From Vicugna vicugna (Eukaryota), in the NCBI GenBank assembly GCA_013265495.1, contig MU057865.1, positions 682,001 to 746,000 on the forward strand: a stretch of 64,000 bases of DNA, in the 5' to 3' direction. How positions within the stretch are numbered: the stretch's first letter is position 1; the number at the start of each line of letters is the position of its first letter. A program made the translations under genes and the position numbers. The notes beneath the pieces are model-generated. The model saw only the letters and a list, made by a program, of their open reading frames with translations, had not been told where the DNA came from and did not search any database. Positions 1 through 13,074 of the stretch are shown one piece after another.

Positions 1-1764
1 AATTCTTACTCGAGAGGAGTACCCATTTAGTGAGAGCCATCAGTGTCTAAGCCCTAAGTCCAGGGAGCTGATACAATTCCATCACTCTTCCTAGATCACA
101 AGACATCCAGACTGGAAACCAGATGGCCTGGATTGTTTTCTGGAAAGAAGAGAACTCGTAGAGATGAGAAGTTTCCTGCACGTGTATAGAAGAAGGTCTC
201 TGCACACGAGCTACCCCACAGTTTTATCTTTATAAAAGATATTCTCCAATCCCAAGTTGGTACCTTCTTCTCCATTTTCAGAAAGCTCTTCAATGATTTG
301 TTTTTTGTTTGTATGTTTGTTTTCCTAACACAAGCCCTATCCCATTAATCCCCATGTATACTGATTTCTCTGTCTTCAAGTTCCTTATATCCCTGGTCTA
401 TGTGTAACCTGCCCCTGGACGTTGAGATGTTAGGTAACTTTTTTTCATTTGAACTAGAAATTAACCTGTTTAGTTTGATACTGTACTTTGGCTAAAGCAT
501 AGAGATCCTATTAGGCCATATCATTCTCTTTACCCATATCAAACATATTGCCTACTCATACTTAACAATGTTTTTATCAGTAACAATAAAAAAAATGCGA
601 TTATTTTAGAACACTTGAAAAATGCAAAAAGAAATACAGAAAGATAATAATAATTCACAACTCTATTTTCCTGAGACATCTATGTTAAAATTTAATGTAC
701 TTATAAATAAATATATTACTGTTTCTGTTTTCAATGTATGTGTACATACATGTATATAATTAATGTAACCCATGGAACCATATATGTATACATATATGTC
801 CTTAATAAAATCTAAACTAACATAATCTTATTATGAAAATCTAAGGACCTGTATTTTAACAAAAATGCACTTATATGTATAAATGACTTTGTATCCCATT
901 TTTTATTCAGAATTACATCACGTAAGTATGTGTAGACTAAATTTTCCTCCCATTTATTACACTTTATAATATATCATTAAAATATTCTAAGAGAGTGCAT
1001 TTTAATTTAATTTAACCAAATTTCCTTTTATTAGCACATAGGACCCTCCCATTTTTGTCTCTTGCTGATACAGATAATTCTATGATAAACAATCTTGTAG
1101 ACGGATTTCACATGCACGGTATCTTTTGAACTAAATTTCATTTTATACTACTGGTAAGGTTAAATATTGTAATCCAATTTTCAGTCTATTTGAATTCTGC
1201 CAGGCTATTGTCTCTTCATGACTCTCACCTACTTTTCTGTTGTTTTCTTTTTTGAAATGTCTGTACGTGTCTTTAACTCATTATTTTGTATTTCAGTTTG
1301 TAAAAACACATTTATATCAAATGTTTTCTTATTTATCACTTGTTTTTAATTTGGTTTATGATGTTTGTCGAATTTCAGAACTGTTCTATTTTTGATACAA
1401 ACAGATTGATTATTTCTCACACCCCTAAATGGGTTTCTTCCATAAATTTTATGCTTAGAAACATCTTTCTCATCCTGGGAAAATATTGATCTTCTAGCTT
1501 TCTGTCATTTTATTAAAGAAAAAGGCTTAACACTTTGATATACCTAGAGTTTTCCTAATTCACGTTCTCAATGACAGTTATAAAATAGAATAATCCATCT
1601 TTTTGCCATTGATTTGTACTGTTGTTTTTCTTTTTCTTCAGTTATTGCTATTATTGCTTCTGTTCAGTTTTTTCCTTTCTTTTTTTTTTGTGAGAGAAAA
1701 TCCTCCTCAACCAAAATATTTGTCAACCAAAGATATGGCTGTTGGTCCCACTCTAGCAGCTTGA

Positions 1765-1879
1765 GCAGTGGTCAAACCTTTTGGAATCTTCAGTGGACTT
1801 CTGGTGCATGTTCCCAGCCTGTGCTCCATCACTCCGCAGAACACATGGACATCCAGAGATTTTTGACTTTCACCACTGC
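1765..1879. mobile_element. Possible short hAT/Charlie-type non-autonomous DNA transposon relic
   Basis: Inverted ends GCAGTGGTCAAA (1765-1776) and TTTCACCACTGC (1868-1879) match at 11/12. CAGTGGT ends are typical of MER5/Charlie elements. No clean 8-bp TSD. Confidence 0.3.
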
Positions 1880-2223
1880 CTGAATGATACTCTGAGGTGT
1901 GTAAAAATCTACACGTCACAGGAAGTCTTGCTCTCAAGACTTCTTTTCTTTGCTCAGCTCATCCATCCATTTCAGTGCTGCGTCTGTCAGTGGGTTAGCT
2001 CTGTCCCCTGGGGTTGCCAACTGCAGTTGCCAACTGGGGTTGCCTGTGTTTATCCTTGTCACCTCTCTCTGGCCTTTTCCGTCCCCTTTCTCTCCCCAGT
2101 TTTCTGGTTAGTCTGCATTCTTTGTTTATGAACCAAAAGAACCAGTAAGGAGAAGAGTAGATATTGTTCCAACGTACTGACACACACCCATTCTAGCTCT
2201 TTTTCATGGAGCATGGTGTAAAG

Positions 2224-2410
2224 CCACAGCATCCAATATGGCAGCCTTTAGCTCCATGTGGCTACTGAGATCTTGGAATATGACTAGTGTAAATTGAGAT
2301 GAGTTTTAAGTGCAATATACTGGATTTATTAAAAACATGTAAAAGATCTCATTAATAGTTTTTAATATCAATTATATCTTGAAATAATAATATTTTGGGT
2401 ACATTGAATA
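2224..2410 (-). mobile_element. MER33-like hAT-Charlie DNA transposon, left part
   Basis: CCAATATGGCAGCC..CCATGTGGCTACTGAG..GAATATGACTAGT..AATTGAGATG..ATCTCATTAATA..TTGAAATAATAATATTTTGG follows the recalled MER33 reverse complement. Confidence 0.7.
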
Positions 2411-2743
2411 TGATAGACTGGATGTTTGTGTCTCCCCCAAATTTATATGTTGAATGTCTAGTATGATGGTATATAGAGGTGAGGCTTTGGGAATCAATTA
2501 GGACATGAAGGTGGAGACCACGAATGAGATTAATTCCCATATAGAAAAGATTCCAGAAAACTCTGTCATTCCTTCTGCCATGTGAGGACACAGTGAAAAG
2601 ACGGTCATCAGTGAACCAGGAAATGGACCTTCACCAAAGCAGCATGATCTTGGACTTCCTGGTCTTCGAACTGTGAGAAATCAATTTATGTTTATAAGCC
2701 ACCCAGTCTATGAGATTTTGCTATAATAGTCTCAAACAAGACA
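2411..2743 (+). mobile_element. MLT1A0/MLT1A-like MaLR solo LTR nested in MER33
   Basis: TG...CA ends. Diagnostic GTTTGTGTCTCCCCCAAATTTATATGTTGAA, GCCATGTGAGGACACAG, GATCTTGGACTTCC, AACTGTGAGAAAT and TAAGCCACCCAGTCTATG. Confidence 0.85.
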
Positions 2744-2880
2744 AGTAAGTTAATAAAGCTTTATTTTAAAAATTAGCTTTACTTGCTCGTTTTTACTTTT
2801 TTAACGTGATTGCTGTACATTTTAACATTTCACGTGATTCACACTTGTGGATTGCTCTATATTTTTATTGGCTAGCACTA
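2744..2880 (-). mobile_element. MER33-like element, right part
   Basis: MER33 reverse complement resumes after the LTR (AAAATTAGCTTTAC..TTTTTACTTTTTTAA..TATATTTTTATTGGCTAGCAC). Confidence 0.6.
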
Positions 2881-3140
2881 TATAGTTGTTTCATTGTTTT
2901 CATCTTTAGTAGTGTGGCTGTGTTGTTGCCACTAAGAGAACATCTTCCCATGTCATGGAAATAGACTGATTGACATTTGTTGACAGTCTGTGTTGATTTC
3001 CTGAATCTTTATAAATGGATGCTTATAGGAGGCTTTATTCCCCTCAAATATGTTTTTCTTAATGCTGGTTTCTGTGGAATTGGTTAAACAAAGTGACTGT
3101 GTGTTTCTGCTTCTCCCTGCCTCTAACCAGGTGCCCAGCA

Positions 3141-3168
3141 TGTGTGTGTGTGAGTGTGTGCGCGTGTG
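3141..3168. repeat. Imperfect (TG)n microsatellite
   Basis: TGTGTGTGTGTGAGTGTGTGCGCGTGTG. Confidence 0.9.
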
Positions 3169-3319
3169 CATTCTTTCAGCATAATTGCAGCAATGGAGGA
3201 GGGGGTGTCTTTTAAACACTTTTTAATTGGATGCCAAGTAATTGTGCAAAAATATATATTCCTTGACATATTTACGCAAAGTATGTATTCTCTCCCTCTG
3301 TACCACCAAGAAATGAACA

Positions 3320-3460
3320 TAGCATGGCATTTTGAAGCCATGGGGTTCTGATGTCAAACATGACACCTTTTAGCTTTGTGGTCATGGTATAAGTCACTTT
3401 TTTTCAGCCTCTATTAACCTATCTGCAATAGGGGGTAATCACAATTTTATTGAAGGGCTC
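3320..3460 (+). mobile_element. MIR SINE fragment
   Basis: Degenerate MIR core (TAGCTTTGTGGTCATGGTATAAGTCACTT..CAGCCTC..ATCTGCAATAGGGGGTAAT). Confidence 0.5.
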
Positions 3461-4984
3461 CATTGCTCTCATTGCACCTGGCCTAGACCTCTCGTCTTCT
3501 TCCTTCTCTAATTTCATGCATTCAGACTCACTTGGCACAAGATGAGGTGTCAGCCAACATGTGTTGGATATGTGACACTGGTGGTGAGGGTGGGAGCTGA
3601 GTGATTTGCTGAGGAGAAGGAGTGTCCTGGTGGCTGTTGACTGGGACCTCATTCCAAATGCAACTGTCAGAATTTTACATATTTCCAGGCACTAGATTAC
3701 AGAAAATAACGATTCAGCATGCCAGCCTTGGCATCAGGAGTGCCTACAGCCCGAGGGTGATGCCAATCCCTTTAAGAGATACGAGGAATGGATTTGCCTT
3801 AAGCTTCTTTTTGAAAGAGCCCAGGAAATGTCAAAGCTTTTCATTCTCACCAAAGAAGGCAAAGATGCTACGAGTCTCTCACATGCCCTCATAAAAAATA
3901 GGATTTCAGCAAGACATTTGATAAATTATCATAAATGTGGGACCAAGAAGTGCCTTAAATAAGAGTGGCAGCCTCCTTGCCAAAGGTGCAATGTGTCCGG
4001 AACCGATTGCAGGGCCGCAGGCGGCAGGCTGTCCTGGCAGGTGGCCATCTTGGAAGGAGGAAGTAAGTAATGATGGGTAAATGGTAAAATGTTCTGACTG
4101 GGGGGGGTGGCACCCCAGAAGGTCTAGTATTCTCCTTGCCCATCTGAAGCCCAGTCCTTTGAGTTCTGCCAACTTTGTCTGGAAATCTATGAGTTGGCCG
4201 TTTGGGGCTATTTATTAATGCCTGACAAGTGCTTGAATGCCAGCAAAATGGAAAGAGTAGGGGGTAGAAGGGAGACTGCTCTTTAGCTTGGATGAAGGAA
4301 AAATTGAAGCTTGTTGATTCTGAGCTGTAAAAACCTTCCACTGATTAACACTTGAAAGGAAGATAAAGCTTCCAACATTGGACGGTGCTATGGTGCTAAT
4401 ACACCAGCAGGTACTTCTGCTTTCCAGTTTTGATGTATTTATGTTCTTTCTTTAGTTACCAATGTTAATTGCCTCCTCTCTGTTTCAGCTCTCAGCTCTC
4501 AAAATTCAATCTTATACCAGTCCCAAAGTCTACGGTATTTACAAAGGGAGATAACCAATCCAAGTAGCCCAAAGTGTGGCCAAGGCTATATTGCTTATAG
4601 CCTGAAGCAATAGAATGCGTTTTTTTTGGGGGGGGGTACTTTTTTGAGTTGGGGTTTAAATATGCTACAAAACAGACCAATGTTATTTTTCATTACATAA
4701 ATTATAAAGTTTCCCCTGTCTAATGCCCTCAAGGATATGTACCATTTACACACATCTACGTGCATTTATATGAATGGACTCTTCGCCTGCACAGCATTTC
4801 ATGTTAGATGATTTATGTAATGGACAGTTCAGTCTGATTTGAGGGCCACTGACAATGGGCTTCTTTTTCCAAATGATATTCTCCATTAGTTTCTTACTGA
4901 GGCCAAAAACTGTGCTTCTTTCAGAGAACACAGTGAAAGTAAGACAGGCCAAATGCAGCTGGCTGTGACACCCATCGTCCTGTT

Positions 4985-5130
4985 GCTAGCTGGGTGACCT
5001 TCAGTCTCAGTTACCTGTCCTATAAAATGGGGACCACAACTGACCTGGGAATGGTTTACAATTTTGTTGAAACAACTCACGAAATGTACTATGCCTGCAA
5101 TACTGGGGGAGCTCAAAAAATGACAGTTAA
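4985..5130 (+). mobile_element. MIR SINE fragment
   Basis: CTAGCTGGGTGACCTT..CTCAGTTACCTGTCCTATAAAATGGGGA..GCTCAAAAAATGACAG. Confidence 0.55.
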
Positions 5131-6204
5131 TACTGCTGGTCCTACTGATCAACTGTAAGCTCAGGACACGGTCCGCGAAGCCCTGACAGTCACACATCAA
5201 CTGTGGATACTGGATAGATGCTTTCGATTCCTTGAGCCTTCTGTCTTGCTGAGCCTGAGGCTGGCCAGGTGCAGAGGAAGACAGAGACAGGGTATCAGCA
5301 CAAATGTCCTTTCTGAACCAGACGCAAGGCGGTCACCAGAGATTTGGACCCAGGACAGTGGTCTCCATACATCAGTATGCTTGTTACTCAGTGACTTGAC
5401 TTCTGCACGTGTGCCCACCCTTGACAGAAGTCATATTCTTTTCACTAGTGGCTGATAAAGAAGCAGATGTCTTCCACCTTCTCTTATAGAGCTTTATCCT
5501 CCCCAACCCTAGTCACCTGGAATTTCCAATTTCTGCTCCCCCAAGGTAATACATCACCTCGTTCAGCTGTATCTTTTAGTGTTCAATTTTATGTTCACAG
5601 GTACCATTTTATTCTATTTTCTTCCTAAATTTTCCAGCTAAATATAGTCTCTTCTAATTCCCCCTTTGAAAAAGGAATTCAACTCTGTTACATGCACCAC
5701 CCTCTGCATACACACATCAGCCCAGACCACGCCCTTTCCGCCCTCTCCCAATATAAATAAGCCATGATTTTGAGGCCTCTGTGCAACACTTAGCTCATTA
5801 AGACTATGGTTCATAATTGTCCTTTTAAGCTCATCATGGGGCTTTAAATCTGTCCCCGAACCTCTATCTCTGCTTACTTCTTTGCAGTGTTAAGTCTTTT
5901 GTCTGTTTGCTAATTTGCACTGCTCATTATGGCAGTCACCGGTTTTCATTCGTCAGAGCATTTCTGCAATTCACCTGGGCACACAGTTCACCTTCTGTGC
6001 CCCACCCGCTATTTCCCTCTCATCTCGAATCCAGGGTTTTGGAGGAGGATTGGCTGCTGTCTGGAAGACAGAATGCCAGCTTTTATAATATCTCTTGAAA
6101 GCAGCCCTCCCAACATGCCTCTTATCTTTTCAAATATGTAATTTAATAATATATTCCTTCTTTTTTATCCTTCTCACTGAAATGATACCTTTAGAACATA
6201 ATTA

Positions 6205-6432
6205 ATACCTTGCATTTGGATGGTGCTTTGAGCTGTTCAAAGCACTCGCTCATCTATTATCACGCTGTGTTTTATTTCATATAACATCCCAGCGAGGAGG
6301 TGGAACAGAGTATTGTTATTCTCATTCAGAGATGCAAAAGTGGAGGTAAAGAAAGGTGAAATGATTTCCGGGAAGCTATGCAGATGATTAGTGGCGAATC
6401 TGGGACAAAAATGCTGCTTTTCTGACTCCCAG
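6205..6432 (-). mobile_element. MIR/MIR3 SINE fragment
   Basis: TATTGTTATTCTCATTCAGAGATGCAAAAGTGGAGG..AGAAAGGTGAAATGATTTCC..TCTGACTCCCAGT is a reverse MIR core. Confidence 0.6.
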
Positions 6433-7574
6433 TGTCACCCTCTTTTCTTTATCTGCCTCTTCCAACCCTGGAACATAGCTGCTCACCCTCAACATTTAGA
6501 TTCCACTCTGAGGCTGAGTGGCATGGCTGTTCCCATCCCAGAGCCCACTGCCTTGCTGCTTTGCCGTTGAGTTATTTCTTCATTTATCATCCTCCCGTGG
6601 CACCGACGGTGGCTCTAGACTCACATGTGGGAAGACCTTTTAAACCTGCCATAAATCAGATACATTTTACCTTGCTGTTGTCTGTGGTCTTTGAAAAATC
6701 TATTTTTTAGTTAAGACATTTTTCTTAGGCAAGTAAAAGTCTCTTCTCACTTTAATGAAAACATTAAGCTCCATGCGATGTCATCTGATTTCTTCCTATG
6801 TGATGAGGTCCATCTGCAGAGTGAGGGTTTCTGCCCAACTGCTGATCAGGTGCATCAACTCACCATTACCCTTCCCACCACCCTCACCCCCCAACCTCAA
6901 CTGTGACTCCCATCCTCTCTTTATTTTTTTAAAGTATTCCGTTTCGAGAAATGTGTGGAATCAGTCTGCATCAGCAGTAAAACACTGCATAGATTTGTCA
7001 AAACTTCCTCTGTATTTTTCTTCATCTATCTCTGTCCCATTTACCTGGAAGGAAAACAAAAGCCAACACACCGGTCATGCCTCCTCCATGAGAAAAAAAT
7101 AACCGTGTTTCTCAAGAGAAGTTCAATCTGGCAGTAAGACAAATGCACGGGATTTCAAGAGGGTGTAGTTGCACCAGATACTCACGTCTACCCTCGGGCA
7201 GCTCACACCTGTCTCCCTAACGGTGTTCAGTTTGAGCATTTGTGATGTTTAAGCTCTCCAGTGAGCTGTGGCAGTTGTATCTGAGCTATGAAGAGCAGCC
7301 TGGGGTGTCGGCAAATGTCCTTAGAGGATGCAAGGTAAATTAGGTGATGGAAACACAATGGTCCAGGTAATTCAGGCTCAAATGTTACTTTGATGTGAAA
7401 TTTCACACAAGTAAGGCAGGAAATGCTGCTCCTAATTCTTTGATAACTTGTCTTAATTTCTTACCATTTGGAAAAAAAAAACAGTGTGTGGTCTGTCTTT
7501 AAAGGCAATATAAACACTCATATCCCTCTGCGTATTGAGGACAAAAAGGGGTGGAGGTGGGACAAGTGGTGTGT

Positions 7575-7960
7575 GTTGGAGCATCTCTTGTATGATCAAC
7601 TTTGTGCTTAGCCATGTGATTGCTCTGGTAAAATTGAATTTCTACCTTGAAGAGTTTACAAGCAAGTAAGACAAGAGAGAAATGAGCAGCATGAGAAAAC
7701 ATTGTCTAAATTAGCACTAGTCTAAACCAACACTAGTTGGTGCAGAGTCCAAGCACAGCTGGGCTACGAGGAGGGGAAAGATGGTGATTGTCTGAGGAGC
7801 CAAGACTGCTTCCCAGAAGAGGTCCTTCTGTGTCTGTGAAGAACAATCTTAGTTGAACACACAGAGGCCAAGGAGAGGGCATTTTTGGCCAGGTCAAAGG
7901 TACAGTCAAAGGCATGGAAGACAAAAGGACCATGACATTGCAGGACACCAGGAAGAATGG
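7575..7960 (-). mobile_element. L2 LINE 3' region fragment
   Basis: Purine-rich L2-type motifs (CTACCTTGAAGAGTTTACA, GCTTCCCAGAAGAGG, GAGGGCATT..CAAAGGCATGGAAG). Confidence 0.45.
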
Positions 7961-8434
7961 CTTGTGTGGGGAAGCTGTCAGCTCCAGGGAGACCTTAAAA
8001 ACCTCAGGAATTGAAGCCTCTGGGATCTTTTCAAAGATCTTTCCTTTAACTCCCAGCGGATGACAAACCAATTTTCAGAGAGCCCTATTTGAGTGCCAAA
8101 CTCGGAAAATGACATTCAGCTGACATTTAACAATTTGAACACATTTTGCAAGGGCTTTTTTTTTTTTCCTTTCATGTATGAAACCAAACTGAGAGAAGAC
8201 AAAATAAGACTGTATGGTAACACCTGATATGAGATTAAATCAGAGCATTGATTCAGCTCAAAAGTTCTCCTTTTTGAGGTTTTATGGGAGAGGACGATCC
8301 AGGGAAGCTAGGAGTCCTATTAGAGAGATCACTAGGTGTAATTAAAAAAAAAAGCATTAAAAGGTCTAGTGTTGGGTGATTATTTAAATGATATTCATTT
8401 ATATAAGAACCAGAAAGGAATTCAGACATTGTCT

Positions 8435-8572
8435 ATTTCTGCACCCCAATTGTAGAGATAAGGAAACGCCGCTCCACAGAGGTAATGTTCTCCCCAAGTG
8501 TCACAGGTTAAGATGTAGAGCCAAGGTCAAGCTTAGTGTTGGCATTTTGGCTTCCCATTCAGTGCTCCTTCC
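8435..8572 (-). mobile_element. MIR SINE fragment
   Basis: CCCCAATTGTAGAGATAAGGAAAC..CAGAGGTAATGTTCTCCCCAAGTGTCACAG. Confidence 0.5.
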
Positions 8573-10271
8573 AAAATGTGTGTGTGTGTCTGGGTGCACG
8601 TGTGCACATACACACAAATACACAAAATAACTCAAAACAAGATACATCAAAATGTCTCAGAAGAGCAGAACTTTCAAACCTCACATTTATCACGTGCCTG
8701 TAAAGCCCTGCAGGGAGTCTCTGCTGAGTAGGTTTGATGAAATGTTTCAAACGGTGAAGAGATAAACAATTTAAGCACATTCAGAATGAAAGGATTTCTC
8801 CTTGACTTTTAATTACATTATATTGATGTTCCTTTGGCGACATCATTTGTTGACTGTGATTATCTCTCCACTCTGGTTTATTTTCTCCTCCCTTTATTTA
8901 ACCTGAAAAACATCATGATTTGCCTCCAAACCCATAGTAAATGCTGATTTGACCATGCTAATGCAACAGATAGTAACTTCCAGGCAGTTCTGATCTAGGT
9001 AGCTGGTAATTGTTAAATAGTGTTTCTCTGATGTAGGTAACTGGACTGGGGACAACACTGAGATTACATTTCTCCTATGTGCTAATTTATTTCACCTTAA
9101 TGACATTTATTTCATTTAATATAACGATTTTCTTTTCCCAGCGACTATGGAATGTAAGTCAGGTAAAGTAAGACCAGGCCATTCAAGGAAATAAACACTG
9201 TTGAGAGCCATACTTTCTATGTCCTGAGGCTTCAGATAAATGAGTGGCAATCTCTTTCCCTGAGGAATTCACTGCCTGGTGGGAAAGACAGACATGTCTC
9301 TGAATAGCTTTATGAACAATCTCCTCAAGTCTCTTTTGAATAAGATGAAAAATCATATACTGTGGATCTATAACCCAGGGCACAGTGTCATGGGCCCCAC
9401 AGGAAGCAGAATCTGATATGACTGGGCACTGGGTGCAGTTTCAAAAGAAAAAAGAAATGTTCTTTAAGGCAGAATTTAAATAGTTGAAAATGTGGTCACA
9501 GGGAAATCCGAGTGGAGGTGTCTGGAGCAATGATGCGGTGGGTACAGGTCAAGGTCTGGGAATGGCCAGAAGTTCAGTGAACTGCAAAGGCCAGGCTTGC
9601 ACTGGGTAGTTAGGCTGAGAGGGTGGGGAGTAGGCAGGTCTTGGATGAGGGTATATTGATTGTGGATCTTAAATTGCAGAGTGAGGGGACGCACTGAAGG
9701 ACGGGGGACTGATCCAGTGGCTTGGAGTCATGGAATGCTGGCTTTGTGGTGAGAAGCTCTCAAAGGGGCACGTGGTGATTTCCTTCTCTTTATGTCACCC
9801 GTCCTAACCTCTTCTAAGATAGAAGGACCTGTGTTTCTGGGCCAGATGTGTTCCTTTGGGGTCCTTGTATCCCAGATTGCGCCCTGGTACCCCTTCCTCT
9901 CCCCACTGTTTGACTCTGCTCCATGCCACGTCACACCAGGAAAGCCAGCATTTCCTGAAGCTTTTTCCTTTGTCCAAGGACAGCAGGATACAAGTTCTTT
10001 CTTCCCTTCTTCCCTCAATCTCTAACTTCCCTTTTTTGCTCCCTTCAATATGTATTGAATACCATCAATTTGTAAACGCTGCAAAGAGCCCTGGAGAACT
10101 GGGGAAGAAAAGCTTGAATTCAGGTCACTTCAGTTCTGTCACCAATTCACCACATAAACTTGGCAAATACTAATTCTCTTGACTTTTGGGGGATAAATTT
10201 CAATACCTATAAATTGAGATATTTAAGCCAGATAAATTTAGGGCCCTTCTAATGGCAACAATCTTTGCAAA

Positions 10272-10319
10272 TATGTATGTGTGTATGTGTGTGTGTATGT
10301 ATGTATGTATGCATGTATG

Positions 10320-10373
<54 letters not shown>
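10272..10373. repeat. Compound microsatellite: (TATG/TG)n followed by (TATC)13
   Basis: Perfect TATC x13 at 10321-10372, preceded by a TATG/TG mix. Confidence 0.95.
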
Positions 10374-11906
10374 CCATTGATTTAACCTCTTTTCTACAAT
10401 TTCATAGATTGTTTGTCTAGAAGTCTGGAAAAATCTCTTCTTGTTGGGTGATAAGAAAATACTTCTGGAGGTTACTAATAGACAAGCCAATGACAGGTAA
10501 GTATGAAGGTAGGAGGCAGTGACTCAGATGTAGAAGTAGGAGGAGTCAAAAGATGAACACAATTTCCCCAGACTCTGATGGCCACCACCACCATGCTGGT
10601 GATGGAGGAAGAGAGCAAGGATGGGGCTATAAACAGGTAACTGTGGGTAACTGCAAAGGGGTATAAGGTGAGACAGTTGGATATAATTTATGTGCATTGG
10701 TCTATAAGCAGGCTACATCTTTTATTGTTGTTAATTTATTGAGTAGTTAAGAGAATGGATATTTCTTAAAAAGATAGATTTTGTTTGTTTGGGCTGTGGC
10801 CAAAATAATATCACCCTGAAATAAAAGCAAAGCTTGGTAAAGTAATTTTTTTTTTAATTTTGGTCCCCCTGGACACTATTTCTTTAACCCAGCTGATTTC
10901 CCCTCAACCTCCTATATGCTGTGAAAGAAAGTCCAATTGAAGCATCGCAACTATCCTTGTATTTTTCTCTCTTAACTGACATGGCTGGAAAGCTTTAGGT
11001 TTTAATCTGTAACACTTAGCCCTTGTTTTGTATGCACATTTGTGACACAATTTGAAAAAGAAGTGCCACTTAAGACTGGGATGGGCGACTGCATTTTTCC
11101 AATCGACCTTCATGGGTTCTGAGTTTAGAGCTAAACTCGAGCCTGTCTGTGCTCCAGTCCAATTATGTCAGTGAAACGTGATTTCATTGTTCAAAAGGAA
11201 ATGGCTTCTTCTCTTTCTTTTTTTTTTTTTAAGATCCTTAGACATCAAATAATTTCTTTAAAAAGCAAATTGCAAATGAGTCAGACCGATGCAGAATTAA
11301 CTCCCTGAAATATCTTTGAGTTCCACAATTAAAGAGGAAAAAAATCCTCAAGTTATGCAAAGAACTTAAGAAGTCAGTAAATAGCGTTTATTGACTTCTT
11401 ACTGTATGCTGTGCCTTGTCACAGCATCATTAAGGGAGGCAGGAGGAATAGAAGACGGTTGTGTGTTCCTGACCATCTAATGACAAAAATAGTTAGACAT
11501 GGTTAGACAAAAATAACTTCAAGATCTCACTGCACCCACCCCAAGACTCTGGCTCTTGAGAATTCTATGAACATAGCTGTGACCAGGACAAAGGAAATTC
11601 AGACACAGGCAGCCTAATTCCAGGTGTAAGGCATATTCTTGAATTGGAATATTCTGATACATTTCTGGAATAATCATTGGTAGGACGGGGAAACAGGAAA
11701 ACTGGCTTCCAAGAAGAAGAGTGGCAGGCGGCTGAAGCTTAGTGAGGAAACTAGCCAGTGAATGTAAAGGTGGGGACTGAATTTATTCTCTGGTCCACTG
11801 GGGCACAAGGTGCTGGATGTAAAACAAAACACCACAAGAGCCTAGGTGATACCAGAGCACAGTCTGGTCTAAACATTTCAGTTTGAAACTTTATGTCTGT
11901 GAAAGG

Positions 11907-12266
11907 TGCCTTAGTCCATCTGCGCTGCGATAACAAAATACCACAAATGAGGGTCTTACAAGAGCAGACATTTATTTCTCACAGTTTGGAGGTTGGAAAA
12001 TTTGAGGTCAGAATGTCAGCAGATTCAGTGTCTGGTGAGAGCCTGCTTCCTGGTTCACAGGTGGCCGTCTTCCTGCTGTGTCCTCACACGGTGGGAGGTG
12101 CGAGGGAGCTCTCTGGGGCCGCTTTTATAAGGGCGCTAATGCCATTTGGTGAGGGTTCCACCCTCATGACTTAATCCCCCCTACAAAGGCAGCACTTCCA
12201 ACTACCATCACACTAAGGATTAGATAGCAACATACAAATTCTGGAGGATACATTCAGCATAGAACA
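11907..12266 (-). mobile_element. MLT1A-family MaLR solo LTR
   Basis: TGCCTTAGTCC..ATAACAAAATACCACA..ATTTATTTCTCACAGTTTGGAGG..CAGATTCAGTGTCTGGTGAG..GTGTCCTCACA..TTTTATAAGGGC..CACCCTCATGAC..CATTCAGCATAGAACA. Confidence 0.85.
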
Positions 12267-12416
12267 GAAGGGCAAGGAAAAAGAAGGGGAACAGAAAATC
12301 CAGTAAGGATCACCTTTCTCTCCCTCTTCATCTTCCAGTTGAAACTGGCCTAAGGCTCAAGGACAGTTCAAGACTTCCAGCTCTTCCCCTGAGCTACTCT
12401 TAAAACAACAAAGAGG

Positions 12417-13074
12417 TGTTGCCCATGGATGTAACCAGTGTCCAGGTTCTTGTCCCATCCCAGAAAGATTTCAGAGACAAGACGTAGTGGTTAAAAAAGT
12501 AAAGTGAGGATTTGTTAAAGGATGGATAGTACACTCTCAAGGGGAGGGTGGGCAGGCTCAGGTGAGCGGCTGCCCTGAGTTTCTTTGGCAAGTTAGTTAC
12601 ACAGGATGTAAAAATGAATGGGTGGAATATTCATTGAGGAATGAAGGGCTTGGGGTCATATTCCCTGATTATCACCCCAACTCCACCTTCCCAAAGGGAG
12701 GAGGGATTTTTGCCCTTACTTGGTCTGGATCGGAAGTGTCATGGCGTTGGAGCATGATGGGTACTTCTGATCTGCAAGGCTAATTTTATTGAAATGAGGG
12801 CATAATGAGCAAAATGTGACATTGGGACACTTGGAGACTCCTGCCTTTCCCCACCTTTCTTTGTTGGTCTCCAGGCCACTCATCACCCCAAAAAGCATGA
12901 TCTCTTATCAGCCCAAAGGTCCCTGCTTTTCTCTCTCTGCCCAGGGACCCCTGGTGCTTACATGATGTCTGGTTTCCTGCATTTGGCCTGTGCCCCTCCT
13001 TTCTGCCCAATTCCTGCCATTTGGTCTGTCTCCCCCTTTCTCTGCTCATCTCTAGCTCTCTGCCTGCTCTGACA
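12417..13074 (-). mobile_element. Solo ERV LTR (ERV1-like, probably lineage-specific)
   Basis: 658 bp with TG...CA termini and 4-bp flanks GAGG/AAGG (3/4 TSD). The minus strand has a U5-like end (TCTGAAATCTTTC..GACAAGAACCTGGAC) and a decayed polyA signal (TTAACAAA). No gag/pol. Confidence 0.72.

Noticed and set aside
1690..1999. A minus-strand frame of about 100 codons interrupted only by five TGA stops (mitochondrial code, selenocysteine or CGA-decay pseudogene?)
   Set aside because: The translation resembles no mitochondrial protein or selenoprotein I recognise, and the frame contains AGA. Compatible with chance.
1690..2130. Minus-strand peptide KGLTTAQAARVGPTAIS..GGFSL faintly resembling the Na/K-ATPase alpha N-terminus (GLTSARAAEILARDGPNAL..GGFS), followed by an A-rich tract, suggesting a retrocopy
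   Set aside because: The match needs several deletions, a frameshift and a stop. The key GLTT codons coincide with an inverted CAGTGGT transposon-like end, and no downstream transmembrane sequence follows. A BLASTX search would settle it.
11121..11138. Dyad GAGTTTAG-AG-CTAAACTC
   Set aside because: 8-bp arms are expected occasionally in 64 kb, and there is no pre-miRNA-length hairpin.
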